64,000 bases of DNA from a virus. A program made the translations under genes and the position numbers. This document shows positions 29,001 through 38,783 of this stretch, piece by piece. Position 1 is the first letter of the stretch. The number at the start of each line of letters is the position of its first letter. The stretch covers positions 1-64,000 of the IMG/VR virus record IMGVR_UViG_3300042874_000086. One strand, 5' to 3'. Below the pieces are notes generated by a model. The model was not told the DNA's origin and did not search any database. It was given only the letters and a program-made list of their open reading frames with translations.

Positions 29001-32000
29001 ATGTTTAAAACTATATTTTTCTCCGTAATCGGAGTTGCTTCGGTAGCGGCAATATCCAGAATATCAATAGCCCTAGCTTCTGCTACATTTTGGGCTAGCT
29101 CCTTAGGTACGGCGTTAAGGGCAGCCCAGGCTACTATGTTATTTATGTCCCGTACACCAATGGGTATAGTTTTAAGTGCTGCTGTTATCGCTGCTGGTAG
29201 TTTATATGCGTTTATGAGAGATACTAAAGAGGAGGCTGCTGGGTTAGAGGTTGAGGTAGAAAAAGCTAAAGAGCAAATAAGGGAGTATATAGAGTTAAAA
29301 AATAAAGCCCTTAAAGACCAGAATACCGTAGAGGCTGCAAGGTTAGAGTTAGTTATTACGGCGAGACAAGCTGGGGTAGATAAATTAACTACTGCCATTA
29401 ATGTTAACTCTGCTTTACTGGAGGCTAAAAATTCTGCAAAAGAGGCTGAGGTATTTTTAACAGCATTTAGAGACCAAACATCCTCGGGAGTCCTAACTAA
29501 AGTTAGTGGTGAAAAAGCACAAACTGCTCTGGTTACTACAATAGATAGTCATATTACTACTTTGACTAAAACATTAGGTAAAGTAGATAAAGATGATAAA
29601 GAAAGAGCAAAAGCTATTCGTAGTTTTATTGACGAATTAGAGCTAAGTAAAAAAAGGGTACAACAGGGTGATTTTACTAGCGACGCTAATAAGAAGAATA
29701 TGGACAAGTGGGTTACTGCACTAGATACTATAACAAAAACTTCTGCACAACTATCTGAGTTCTTAATTAAAAACGTAAATCAGACTGGGACTAACCAATT
29801 TAAAAAGAGTGAACATTTTGACCCAAAACTTAGGGCACAGTACATGGATGTTTTGTTTCTCAAGAGTAAAATAGATACAGGTCAAAATACACTACCAGTT
29901 GGAATTAGAGACAACCTAATTAAGATGTCTGGGTATTTAGCTAATATATCGGCTGGTACTGGAAAAAATTACGACGTAACCAGTGCTTATGATTCTAGAC
30001 CCGGTAACGCCAATAGCCAACATCTTAAAGGGGCGGCTGTAGATATCCAAGGGAAAGAAAAAGAGATTACCGAGGCCGCTGGGTTAGAGGCTATGAGGTA
30101 TATTGCGTCCCACAGAGAGCTTTTTACTGGTATTGGCCAGGTTATTTTAGAAAAAGTACAATCAGGTAGGTATGTACTTCACATGGGGTTGGATGAAAAA
30201 GGACAAGGTACATCTTTTGCTAGGGGGTATCAACCAAAAGGTGGTAAATTACAAAACTACGAAAATTATAACCCACTTACAAATACTTATGCTACGAGTA
30301 AAAAAGGTGCGTCAGCTACTGCCCCATCTTTAAATAACTTACCATTAATACAAGACCCAAATACTGTTATAAAGTCATCCAGTGGGCTTGTCAGTATGAT
30401 AAGTGATGAATTCTTACAAAGTATTGAAAAGTATGCGTCAATACTTAAAGAAAACTTTACTAATAACCAAAATATTACTAAAGACTCTGGTGTATTATTA
30501 AATAAAATAACCAATACTATTGGTAAGATTGAGTCTAGCAGGGCGGTATCTTTACAAAAATTAATTGATTTTACCCCTACTGGTGCTAAGGAATTTGCTG
30601 AAGATTTTCGTATTAAAATTAGTAAAACTAAAGACCCCCTAGAGGCTCAGGAGGTTATTGGTAAGATAACTAAAGAGATAAATGCAGCCACTGCTAGTAT
30701 GACCGAGTCTGAGGCAAGTCCTTATAATGGTGTCATTGCAGCTATGAAGAAATTTGTTAAGTATTCAGAGGATATTAAAAATCTTAAAAAAACTTTTACT
30801 GAAGTACAAGCTATCGGTAAATTAGATACTACCGAACAGACAAAAGGACTAAACAATAAACTAAATGACCAACAACAAAAACATTTAGAAAATGTAAGTG
30901 CACTATCGTTAAATCTTTTGCAGTCTCAAGAAGAATATGATAGAGTATTAAATAACACCGTCTCTAATATGGCAGAGAGTGCAAAATTATCAGAACAAAT
31001 TTTACGTGAGACTGAATCACTAAAAACATCTGAAACTAGGTTAGAAGGTCTTACAAGACTCCGTGCAGAGCATTTAGATAAAATTGCGTACCACAATGCA
31101 AATAATGCAGGCGATAAAAAAGAGGAAGAGGCGTTAACAAAAAATCTTGCTAGGATTGATGGGGATATAGCGACTACGTCAGGGGTTATTGATAAACACC
31201 GGGAAAATATTCTAAAGAATACTGTAAGTTCTGTTAATGCACAAACCACAGAACTCAACTTACTAAGACAAATTAACAGGGAATACCAGGATTTCGCTAA
31301 CGAAAATAACTATCAAGCAAAAAACCAAGAAAGGTTATTACGCGTAGCTAACTCCCAAAAAGCTGGTAGTTTAGACCCTTATGGTATGGAAATTAATAGG
31401 CAAGATATTCAGTACGGCAGGGATACAAAAGCACTAGATGAGAAGTATGGGATGGGATATGATGAATTTAACCCTAACGTACAAACCACTCCTTGGTTAG
31501 CTAACCAAAAGGGTATTGAGGCTGGTAGACAAGGGGCTAATGCTGGAAAAGCCCTAATAGAAACTATCAATAAAGATTTTGACGCGGTAGCAAACACCAT
31601 ACAACAAAGAATGTCTACTATAGACGAGCGATATACAAATGAGTCTGCGTATAACCAATCTGGTTTAGATATAAATGCTGGGCAACAAAATGCTGATGGA
31701 AGCACTATGTATAATCCAGAAGAGCAGATGGCAATAAAAGCCGCACAAGATGAGCTAATGTTACAACAACGTGCGTCCATAGACGCTAGAATAATAGAAA
31801 TGGAGAGAGCCAAAGCTGACCTAATAGTTAATGAGAGGAAAAGGGTAGACACTATAGAGGCCGCCTCTTTTGGACTACGCTTAGGGCAAACTCAACAAAT
31901 GTTTGATAGTATGCAAAATATCGCCCAAACATACTATACGCTTTCAGGTAATAAGTCAAAAGCAGCCTTTAAAACTATGCAAGCACTGTCTGTTGCCACT

Positions 32001-32411
32001 ACTGTAATAAAAACATACGAAGCTGCACAAGCAGCTTATGCGAGTACCGTAGGTATCCCATATGTTGGTCCATACCTAGCCCCTGTGGCGGCTGCAGGTG
32101 CTATTGCGGCTGGTATGCAACAAGTTGCCCAAATAAAGGCACAAACCTTTCACACAGGGGGGTACGTAGCTAACGATAATAGAGCAGGTCTTAGAAGCGA
32201 CGAAGTTCCTGCTGTTTTACAGACTGGGGAATACGTGCTATCTAGAAACGACATGAAAGCAATTCAAGGGTCTTCTAAAGGAGTGGGGGTAAGTGCTCCT
32301 ACCCAACCTTCTGAGGTAGTGGTAGTTAATTCCATAGACCCTTCTATTGTTGAACAGTACCTTTCTTCTAGAGAGGGAAGACAGATAATTAATAATTCTA
32401 TTAAACGCTAA
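26094..32411 (+). CDS. Tape measure protein with internal M15-like peptidase motif
   Basis: 2105 aa, helical, TMP core, C-terminal FHTGG...DEVPAVLQTGEYVL. Confidence 0.95.
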   Translation: MANTSINIDLKFTGQGLRGLESSLVSLTKDTQKLSKASETIFAGDLTSLNKTKKTIDGLTNNLVGLFTQSQEVSKALSIMGQGLKGKELNEATSGLSASLRKMVKSSNLEGLHSEYLRISRAMGDVSLTTKGLQQAFAGTTVGIKNNIENTISALKQLGTNTQTLSNFKTRLTEATTILNKTGDSTYLSRVNKDLDASLKNTLKLYDASQKLQSLQIQTKPVQTAVGNLGALQQKTASGTATGQDVTLALRESSKLYDEIRAKEKDLEASRRASNKLLSDNIALLKAQETSLKTTITNKSGVATPTDISAAKNKLTEVTAEITKLSNIKAPDVLDTRKINAFSKTVQATTADVTKLAGEAAKVKFDVNLSKALSDAKKSAGQLSLEMRDFQKSAATGVASSLQSLRAQASIVRNDIRKGNVRPEVAKEDLELLNKKFNLLKQLNDLQLKTNAATGVMSNSDIAKVTSDIATLSRSVSTATGPLGVFAERFKEIKIAVSGKITYDAGYDRITQSYEKQILALNNLINTKQKWASDKSLELARQKVRELEDALRGAEARKRAFDSAFSADPSTAVRSAASEVTRLRGELNSATTSARTVSQALTEISGVKWFTNIAQRALAYSGLFGGIYSVVNTIQNGLKYVIEYDQAIHTLSAVLDMSALSAARLEGNLAKLGTQYGGALKDINEAALTLGRAGIDKADVTEATEAVIKMARLTGDTFATSASAMITYKEVFGKVKDTNTGLTPSIEDLGNMLAYMANQSRMSTQDIGTFSNYALAAAKSSGMTADAVSAMAISFSNAGVNASTIGTQIRRFSSVLAETSSETVNFFDSIGVSQEMMMARMKMGTEESNKAMAEFVGKLKGLTDAEFSQITRGMDILALQSLTLLRNNADEFFRHLQKMQGGVEGEIDKANFITESYAITWEKLGNTLALSFNQTVGNLLPFGKAMVEFATGALNTFNDVVTTIIKNWDMFKTIFFSVIGVASVAAISRISIALASATFWASSLGTALRAAQATMLFMSRTPMGIVLSAAVIAAGSLYAFMRDTKEEAAGLEVEVEKAKEQIREYIELKNKALKDQNTVEAARLELVITARQAGVDKLTTAINVNSALLEAKNSAKEAEVFLTAFRDQTSSGVLTKVSGEKAQTALVTTIDSHITTLTKTLGKVDKDDKERAKAIRSFIDELELSKKRVQQGDFTSDANKKNMDKWVTALDTITKTSAQLSEFLIKNVNQTGTNQFKKSEHFDPKLRAQYMDVLFLKSKIDTGQNTLPVGIRDNLIKMSGYLANISAGTGKNYDVTSAYDSRPGNANSQHLKGAAVDIQGKEKEITEAAGLEAMRYIASHRELFTGIGQVILEKVQSGRYVLHMGLDEKGQGTSFARGYQPKGGKLQNYENYNPLTNTYATSKKGASATAPSLNNLPLIQDPNTVIKSSSGLVSMISDEFLQSIEKYASILKENFTNNQNITKDSGVLLNKITNTIGKIESSRAVSLQKLIDFTPTGAKEFAEDFRIKISKTKDPLEAQEVIGKITKEINAATASMTESEASPYNGVIAAMKKFVKYSEDIKNLKKTFTEVQAIGKLDTTEQTKGLNNKLNDQQQKHLENVSALSLNLLQSQEEYDRVLNNTVSNMAESAKLSEQILRETESLKTSETRLEGLTRLRAEHLDKIAYHNANNAGDKKEEEALTKNLARIDGDIATTSGVIDKHRENILKNTVSSVNAQTTELNLLRQINREYQDFANENNYQAKNQERLLRVANSQKAGSLDPYGMEINRQDIQYGRDTKALDEKYGMGYDEFNPNVQTTPWLANQKGIEAGRQGANAGKALIETINKDFDAVANTIQQRMSTIDERYTNESAYNQSGLDINAGQQNADGSTMYNPEEQMAIKAAQDELMLQQRASIDARIIEMERAKADLIVNERKRVDTIEAASFGLRLGQTQQMFDSMQNIAQTYYTLSGNKSKAAFKTMQALSVATTVIKTYEAAQAAYASTVGIPYVGPYLAPVAAAGAIAAGMQQVAQIKAQTFHTGGYVANDNRAGLRSDEVPAVLQTGEYVLSRNDMKAIQGSSKGVGVSAPTQPSEVVVVNSIDPSIVEQYLSSREGRQIINNSIKR

Positions 32412-32422
32412 AGGACATATAA

Positions 32423-34015
32423 GTGGCTTACCGAATAGGGATTAATAAAAACACCCAAGAAATGTTTAATGATATCCACGATGTCTTAGTAGAGGACGGG
32501 TGGGAGAAAATTAGTGATGGTCTTATAAACTCTATAAAGACAAGCCGAGGTATTACTTTTAATGGTAATGCTATAGCTGTAGAGGGTAAGTATGCTGATA
32601 CTATTGGGATGTATCTATCCCACCGTAATTCACTAAAGCATTCTGAGTACTCTAGTAGTGTTGTAACAACCTCACAATACTTTGCAGAGTACCCAACCAA
32701 CTTCTCATATTCCATGTGGTTTAATATGGCTAATTATAATGAGATGGACCACGCATGGGGTACTGGGGCAGATGTTAGTACTAATGGTAATTCCTTACAT
32801 GTTAACCAAGCTTTTGGGTGTGTGGAGCCGGCTATATACCCGGCGTACAGTGGGATAACCAGCACTTCGGTTAGATTACGGATTGGTGTTGGTTTAGCCT
32901 TTAGGAAAACGGGTCCTGTGGTTTTTGGGCACCATATATCTATATTACCGCTCTTGGAATGTTTTGACTTAAGCGGGGATATGACAGGTAAATCCTGGAT
33001 GCACCTTACTATTACTATTGATACTACGAACTCTCTTATGCGAGCGTACTTAAATGGGCAGGAAGTACCATTTGATGGAGATTTGACACACACTTTCCGA
33101 CATACAGACTTATTTGGGGCCATTTGGGGATTTAGACCCTCCCACTCTGTTACAATAGATGAAGCAATAGTTTGGAACACTGTATTATCTCCTGCTGAAG
33201 TACTATCTATTTATAATAGCCCAGTTAGTATTCCTAGTACAGACTCAAGGATTTTTGAAAAGTATACGGAAAATATTTATACACAAATGGGAGGGTATTA
33301 TAATAAGACTACGGCTACTGGGGCACAGACCACTTTTAGTATTCTAGCTAATTTAAACAATAACATTGAACTTAAAACAATGCAGTATGGGTGGGATTCT
33401 AGTATTTCTTTTGGGGAAATAAAACGAATGGCTTCTTATATTACCCTACCTAGCACCTCTATGTATATAGCTGGAGTCCACCCAACAAGCACAGTTCTTA
33501 AAAAGTATTGGGTTACCGCTAAAAACGATAGATTAATCATAGCGACAAAACTACACAATATTTCAGCTAACCGTACAACACCACTATACCAAATTGGGTA
33601 TATAGGTAGAATTAGTAGTGTAGGTTCTGATGGGCAGAGTATGGCTATTGCTGGTAACACCACAACCTCTACATATTTATGGACTACGCTTAATACGACC
33701 GCGTTTAGAAATGGTTTATTATATAATACTAACCTACGATTTAAAATAGGTAGTACTTATATAACACCGAGTGTTGGGGCAATCACAACAACGCTTTCCT
33801 CCTTCGTTTCTATATCTAATTCTGTATTTTTAAACAATATATCCTTATACGACACTACTAATTTATATGGGGTAGCAAATGGTATATACGCGGTGTCATC
33901 CGCACAAACAAACCCAGAAGATGTAATAACCATTAATGCTATTGATTATGTCGTAGTAGATGATGCTGACGGTACTGCCGTCAGCGGTGTTCGTTTTGCA
34001 ATTAGATTGGAGTAG
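32423..34015 (+). CDS. Tail/virion protein with LamG-like domain
   Basis: FSYSMWF, WMHLTIT, AYLNG, IDEAIVWNTVLSPAEV. Confidence 0.75.
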   Translation: MAYRIGINKNTQEMFNDIHDVLVEDGWEKISDGLINSIKTSRGITFNGNAIAVEGKYADTIGMYLSHRNSLKHSEYSSSVVTTSQYFAEYPTNFSYSMWFNMANYNEMDHAWGTGADVSTNGNSLHVNQAFGCVEPAIYPAYSGITSTSVRLRIGVGLAFRKTGPVVFGHHISILPLLECFDLSGDMTGKSWMHLTITIDTTNSLMRAYLNGQEVPFDGDLTHTFRHTDLFGAIWGFRPSHSVTIDEAIVWNTVLSPAEVLSIYNSPVSIPSTDSRIFEKYTENIYTQMGGYYNKTTATGAQTTFSILANLNNNIELKTMQYGWDSSISFGEIKRMASYITLPSTSMYIAGVHPTSTVLKKYWVTAKNDRLIIATKLHNISANRTTPLYQIGYIGRISSVGSDGQSMAIAGNTTTSTYLWTTLNTTAFRNGLLYNTNLRFKIGSTYITPSVGAITTTLSSFVSISNSVFLNNISLYDTTNLYGVANGIYAVSSAQTNPEDVITINAIDYVVVDDADGTAVSGVRFAIRLE

Positions 34016-34021
34016 TCAAGA

Positions 34022-35485
34022 ATGTATACTAAAATTGAAAAAGATGTTTATTACGGAGTTGAGGGGGTAACCCCTACTATAATTGATTGGTTAGCTACTC
34101 AATTTACATCCGCTGGTTGGGTTGTAGATAAAGTTGCTACCGGAATTACGCGATATGATAATGGGCAAGGGTCTATCTACCCCTTTCGTACAATTAGGAT
34201 TGGGAGAATACCCTTAATAGGTACAGGCACTTATAGTAATACCTTATACTCCGGTACACATATAAGTAATGGAGCGTTGGGAGTATTTGAACATTATGGG
34301 TGGAAGAGTACAGCAGTAGGGTTCCGGTACTCTTGTACAAATTATGACTATACCAATTTTACTTTTCCTGGATATAGCTACCTCACTACCTCGTTTGATA
34401 TGTTACCCACCTACCCATACAGGCTAGCGATATCCAAATTTCGAAAAAATTTACAAGGAAATATGGGTATATTTTGGCAAGCCTCACTAACTGCGGAGCT
34501 AGTTAGTATGCGGGTAGGGGGGTTAGAGCTTAATTCTAGTCAGGACGACTCTGGTGTATCAATTACAATTAACTCTGACCACAATACTCGTAATATTACA
34601 TTTAATGATGTAAACACCAGTAAGAAATTACTAGTATATGATACCTATACAGACAACACCAGTTCAAATGTTTCTGGGTGGTTGTTTGGGGCAACCTCCT
34701 TCACGTTGGGTACTCCGATAGCCTTACCTCCAATGAGCACAGAACTTTATGTGCATAGTATTGCTACAAACGGTGAAAGTTTATATTATTCATTCTACCA
34801 TGACTGGACGAATGGGTATCTTTATATGTACACAAACAGGGGGTTTGATACAGCATTAGCAGTTAATATACAGCCTGGTACAGTATCTGCGGCGGACAAC
34901 TCTGTGTATGACTACCACCGTATAGATTATCTGTTTCAGCACTTTGCTTATACCCCAGTAGACCTATACTTTTCCGGGGACCAAAACTATTTCTTTTTTA
35001 ATGTATTTAGTAACTGGACTTCGAGGTATGCAGCAACTAATGTTAACGAGGCTGCGTTCAATAGAAATGAATTTCTTTATGGTGGCTCTTTAGATAAAGC
35101 GGTGCCTTTCACTGGAGGACAAATATCGCTGGGGTCTCAATATTCCTCCTCACCATTTTACTTATATTATGACGGGAATTATTATGGTTCCTCCATTACT
35201 ACTTCAGTAACTACTAAACAGGGGTATAGTGATATGGTAACGCCTGTTAATTTTACCACCACAAATATTAATCTATTCTCAGGTAATGTGTCATTTACCC
35301 CATATGTGGCGGGGGTTAACCTAACCCTTAATAACAACGGGGAGTACAAACCACTAGGTTTTGTTAGAAACTTATATAAATTTTATAAAGCTACACCCCT
35401 ACAAAATATGACAATAAGACAGGGAACCAAGAAGTTTGCCACGTTCTTTAAGGATACAAATAATAGATATGCAGTAGAGTACTAA
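34022..35485 (+). CDS. Tail/virion protein
   Basis: T/Y/S/G-rich; tail-tip synteny. Confidence 0.65.
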   Translation: MYTKIEKDVYYGVEGVTPTIIDWLATQFTSAGWVVDKVATGITRYDNGQGSIYPFRTIRIGRIPLIGTGTYSNTLYSGTHISNGALGVFEHYGWKSTAVGFRYSCTNYDYTNFTFPGYSYLTTSFDMLPTYPYRLAISKFRKNLQGNMGIFWQASLTAELVSMRVGGLELNSSQDDSGVSITINSDHNTRNITFNDVNTSKKLLVYDTYTDNTSSNVSGWLFGATSFTLGTPIALPPMSTELYVHSIATNGESLYYSFYHDWTNGYLYMYTNRGFDTALAVNIQPGTVSAADNSVYDYHRIDYLFQHFAYTPVDLYFSGDQNYFFFNVFSNWTSRYAATNVNEAAFNRNEFLYGGSLDKAVPFTGGQISLGSQYSSSPFYLYYDGNYYGSSITTSVTTKQGYSDMVTPVNFTTTNINLFSGNVSFTPYVAGVNLTLNNNGEYKPLGFVRNLYKFYKATPLQNMTIRQGTKKFATFFKDTNNRYAVEY

Positions 35486-35494
35486 AGGTAAATT

Positions 35495-36766
35495 ATGGCT
35501 GATGGATTAGCTCAACCACTAGGACTGTCTGCCACTTCTAATATTGGTACAGTTTTTGCACACTTTAAAAAAGATAGTACAGTACCTATTATAGGTACGT
35601 CCGTACAATCTAATATTGGTACAGTTTTTGCACACTTTAAAAAAGATAGTACAGTACCTATACTAGGTACGTCCGTACAATCTAATATAGGCTTCCCTAG
35701 GGTTTATAATCTGAGGGACGCCTCCTACCTATATATTATCCCTGCCAGTAACTACACCCAGTTTAATTATGTAAATGATGAAATGTTTATTGGGGTTATA
35801 TCCTCACATGGTACTTTGTATACCCCCACCCCTACCAATAGAATTGGGTTTTTTATCGATGATTTACAAGACGCATTACCTAAGTATTTTGGCCCCAACT
35901 CCTATAATGAATCAACCAACAGTGAAACACCTTATGAGGTAGTTACACAAGCAAGCAACAGAGAAGTAAATTTTGGGGTTATAACAGCGGATAAGACTAT
36001 AATTTTAGCAATAGAAAATAATAGACTAGATAATATAATTCTAACGTCCCACACGGTACCTACAGAATTTGGGTGTGTAATATCAGGAGTAGATATAGGG
36101 CAGGTAATACCCCCAAATACTACTGTATACCTAATTATTACCGCAAAACTAATGGTAGGGTTGGAGGAAATAGCTGCGTGGTGCCCTATATACTTTGATA
36201 AAGTTACTATCAATGTATTTGTAAATATAACCAGACAACCAACCGTGGTGTACTCTATGTTTCCTGATAGAGATTCTTATAAAGAATCTTATACCTTCAA
36301 GACAAATATATTTGAATCAACCTCCGGAAGAGAGACCCGCCAAACTACACTAAGTACCCCTAAAGTGGCTATTGATTACTCTATCACTACAACTAATGTT
36401 AGGGAGACTGGGTTTGTATTAAACAATTTATATACGGGGATAGGCTCTATTATGTATCAACCTTTGTGGGCATTTGCTACAACCCTAACTACCGAGGCCA
36501 TTAATACTAATGTGTTATTGTGTGATACTTACACAGGTGTATTTTCTGTAGATAGTTATTGTGGTGTATACTTAGACGAGTTTACTGTTATATTGATGCG
36601 TATTCAGAATATATCTATAGGTAGTTTAGAATTGACCAAAAATACATCTGCACCCGCGGGGGCTTATGTAGTACCTTTAATAGTTGGTACCCCTAATACC
36701 TCAGCTGCCTATAATTATAGTGTAAGTACCTCAAGTAAAATAAAAATGTCATTGGTGGAATTATGA
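35495..36766 (+). CDS. Tail tip/hub protein
   Basis: FKTNIFESTSGRETR motif of distal-tail-like proteins; synteny. Confidence 0.65.
   Translation: MADGLAQPLGLSATSNIGTVFAHFKKDSTVPIIGTSVQSNIGTVFAHFKKDSTVPILGTSVQSNIGFPRVYNLRDASYLYIIPASNYTQFNYVNDEMFIGVISSHGTLYTPTPTNRIGFFIDDLQDALPKYFGPNSYNESTNSETPYEVVTQASNREVNFGVITADKTIILAIENNRLDNIILTSHTVPTEFGCVISGVDIGQVIPPNTTVYLIITAKLMVGLEEIAAWCPIYFDKVTINVFVNITRQPTVVYSMFPDRDSYKESYTFKTNIFESTSGRETRQTTLSTPKVAIDYSITTTNVRETGFVLNNLYTGIGSIMYQPLWAFATTLTTEAINTNVLLCDTYTGVFSVDSYCGVYLDEFTVILMRIQNISIGSLELTKNTSAPAGAYVVPLIVGTPNTSAAYNYSVSTSSKIKMSLVEL
35537..35688 (+). repeat. 72-bp in-frame tandem duplication
   Basis: 35537-35608 and 35609-35680 differ at 2 nt; encodes SNIGTVFAHFKKDSTVPI(I/L)GTSVQ twice. 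Confidence 0.95.
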
Positions 36767-37803
36767 AAAGAATATACGTAGACCATTACGACGCTACTGG
36801 TTTTATTGCCCCCACCTCTAATGCACTATTTAACAATGCAGAGGCACAGTATAAGATACCGTCTAAATATATTATGGGCGCATACTTAGAGTATTTAGGG
36901 GAAACTATATCTGACATTTATTTAACTCCAACATCTTCTTTTGTTACTTTTGAGGCTGACATATCTATCGTGGAGTCTGGGTATTATACACTTAAGGTAA
37001 CAGCCACATCCGGGAGCTACCAGCTTTACGTAAACGAAGACTTAGTGTTGTCTTCATTTGAAGGTAATGGTGAGATTACAATACTTATGTATAATGGTAT
37101 TGCCTCTATTAGATTTAAGTACTTAGGAACTACGGGTTACAATATTACATGGAAAGCCCCAACTAATTCAGTTTTTGTTAATATTCCGGATACTCAATTA
37201 CCTGTGTATGGTCGTACAATATTTCCTTTTACTATCTATGACTCTGTAGATGTACAACTACGGAATGAGTACAATATTATAGGGGAACTATACCAAAATA
37301 GGGTACTAAATAAATTAAAAAAACCTGGTAGGACATTTAAAGTTACCTTAAAACAAGATAATGTTTACGATAGGCTTACGGTAAAGTATTGGTTTGTATC
37401 TACCCGAGGTAAATATAAGTCGTTCTTATTTCCTTCTAATGCGTCAGATTTTATTTTAAAGTCATTACCAGAAGCTGGGGATTTGTATATAACTATATTA
37501 AAGAATTTTTCAACCATAGCTCACGAGTATACCCAAAGATTAATATACATACCCGAGTTACAGTTCATTACTCCAGTATACTCGGTAGAACCAATTCTAG
37601 AGGGGGGCATTGAGTACGAAAAACTAGTAATACCAGACGCAATACCTAGTGACGTAGGTTCATGTAATATACAGTTAATGTTCCTTTGTAGATTAGACAC
37701 AGATACCCTATCTTTTGAGTTGGAAGATATTAACTTTAGCTCTTGTGATTTTACTATAAAAGAATTATCAAACGATAATCAATTATTAAGAATATTTACT
37801 TGA
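36763..37803 (+). CDS. Tail tip protein with PA14-like N-terminal domain
   Basis: ESGYYTLKV...QLYVNEDLVL; C-terminal RGKYKSF...CRLDTD. Confidence 0.65.
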   Translation: MKRIYVDHYDATGFIAPTSNALFNNAEAQYKIPSKYIMGAYLEYLGETISDIYLTPTSSFVTFEADISIVESGYYTLKVTATSGSYQLYVNEDLVLSSFEGNGEITILMYNGIASIRFKYLGTTGYNITWKAPTNSVFVNIPDTQLPVYGRTIFPFTIYDSVDVQLRNEYNIIGELYQNRVLNKLKKPGRTFKVTLKQDNVYDRLTVKYWFVSTRGKYKSFLFPSNASDFILKSLPEAGDLYITILKNFSTIAHEYTQRLIYIPELQFITPVYSVEPILEGGIEYEKLVIPDAIPSDVGSCNIQLMFLCRLDTDTLSFELEDINFSSCDFTIKELSNDNQLLRIFT

Positions 37804-37812
37804 GGGAATAAT

Positions 37813-38547
37813 GTGGATTTATACAAAGTAAGCTTATTTAACAATACCTACTATTATTCCTCTGGGGTAGATGTTACATTTTTAGGGACTCCTTACGTAG
37901 GTAAACCCATAAACCGAACCGAAATAACAGTAGAATTACAAGATTCGGATATAAGAATAACCGCCCCCTTAAACTTAGAGCCTTTTTCAGTCTATATTAC
38001 AGCTTCTCCCTCTTCAGATATGAGCCTAACCTTATATGATTATGATTCAGGGTTTGAAATGTTTTCGGGTATTTTAATATCACTCACTTATAAAATTGAC
38101 ACTGGGGTTGTTGACTTAAAATTTCAGAAGAAGGAATCGTTTTTTGATAGTGAAGTTCCATATAGAACCTATGGTACTTTATGTTCTTTTGATTTATACT
38201 CAGCGGAGTGTGGGGTCCAAAAAGCAGATAACCAAATAGTAACAGCCACCTTCACGCTTGCTGAGGATAGACGCTCTGTTACAGTACCTGGCATATCTGG
38301 TATACTAGATAATACATACCGATACGGGGTTGTTGGTACCGATACCGGGGAAACTTCCTTCATAATCAGTCAAGTAGGAACTACGGTTGTATTTGATACA
38401 CCTTTATTCATAATTCCATCTTCCATATATTTAATAAAAGGGTGTGATAAATCATTTAGTGGTTGTGGGAGTAATTTTAATAATTCTATTAGGTATGGGG
38501 GATTCCCTGTTATACCCGCAAAAAATCCAGTTACGGAGTCTATCTAA
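37813..38547 (+). CDS. BR0599/GTA-like tail tip protein
   Basis: CSFDLYSAECGV, GCDKSFSGC..FNN..RYGGFP.IP.KNP. Confidence 0.88.
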   Translation: MDLYKVSLFNNTYYYSSGVDVTFLGTPYVGKPINRTEITVELQDSDIRITAPLNLEPFSVYITASPSSDMSLTLYDYDSGFEMFSGILISLTYKIDTGVVDLKFQKKESFFDSEVPYRTYGTLCSFDLYSAECGVQKADNQIVTATFTLAEDRRSVTVPGISGILDNTYRYGVVGTDTGETSFIISQVGTTVVFDTPLFIIPSSIYLIKGCDKSFSGCGSNFNNSIRYGGFPVIPAKNPVTESI

Positions 38548-38771
38548 TGCCATGGCTTTTAATTTTTACCATTGTTCTTTTGGTTGTTTCTTACTTATTT
38601 GCCCCTACCCCCGATGTACCTACGATGAGTCCGGCTGGTTTAGATGAGTTTTCAATACCAGAGAATAATACCTATAAGGCGGTACCAAAAGTGTATGGTA
38701 CGGTATACTTAAAGGGTAATTGCATCTATTATGGTAATTTAACATCATTAGCAATAACAAAATGTGCATAG
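38547..38771 (+). CDS. Small tail assembly protein
   Basis: Hydrophobic N-terminus; VPKVYGT motif. Confidence 0.8.
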   Translation: MPWLLIFTIVLLVVSYLFAPTPDVPTMSPAGLDEFSIPENNTYKAVPKVYGTVYLKGNCIYYGNLTSLAITKCA

Positions 38772-38783
38772 AAGGATTTTAAA

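Noticed and set aside
26336-31852. Antisense ORFs within the TMP and other long genes (also e.g. 278, 2176, 5857, 6346, 19856, 44673, 46679, 55980)
   Set aside because: Shadow frames of well-supported genes, without RBS or motifs
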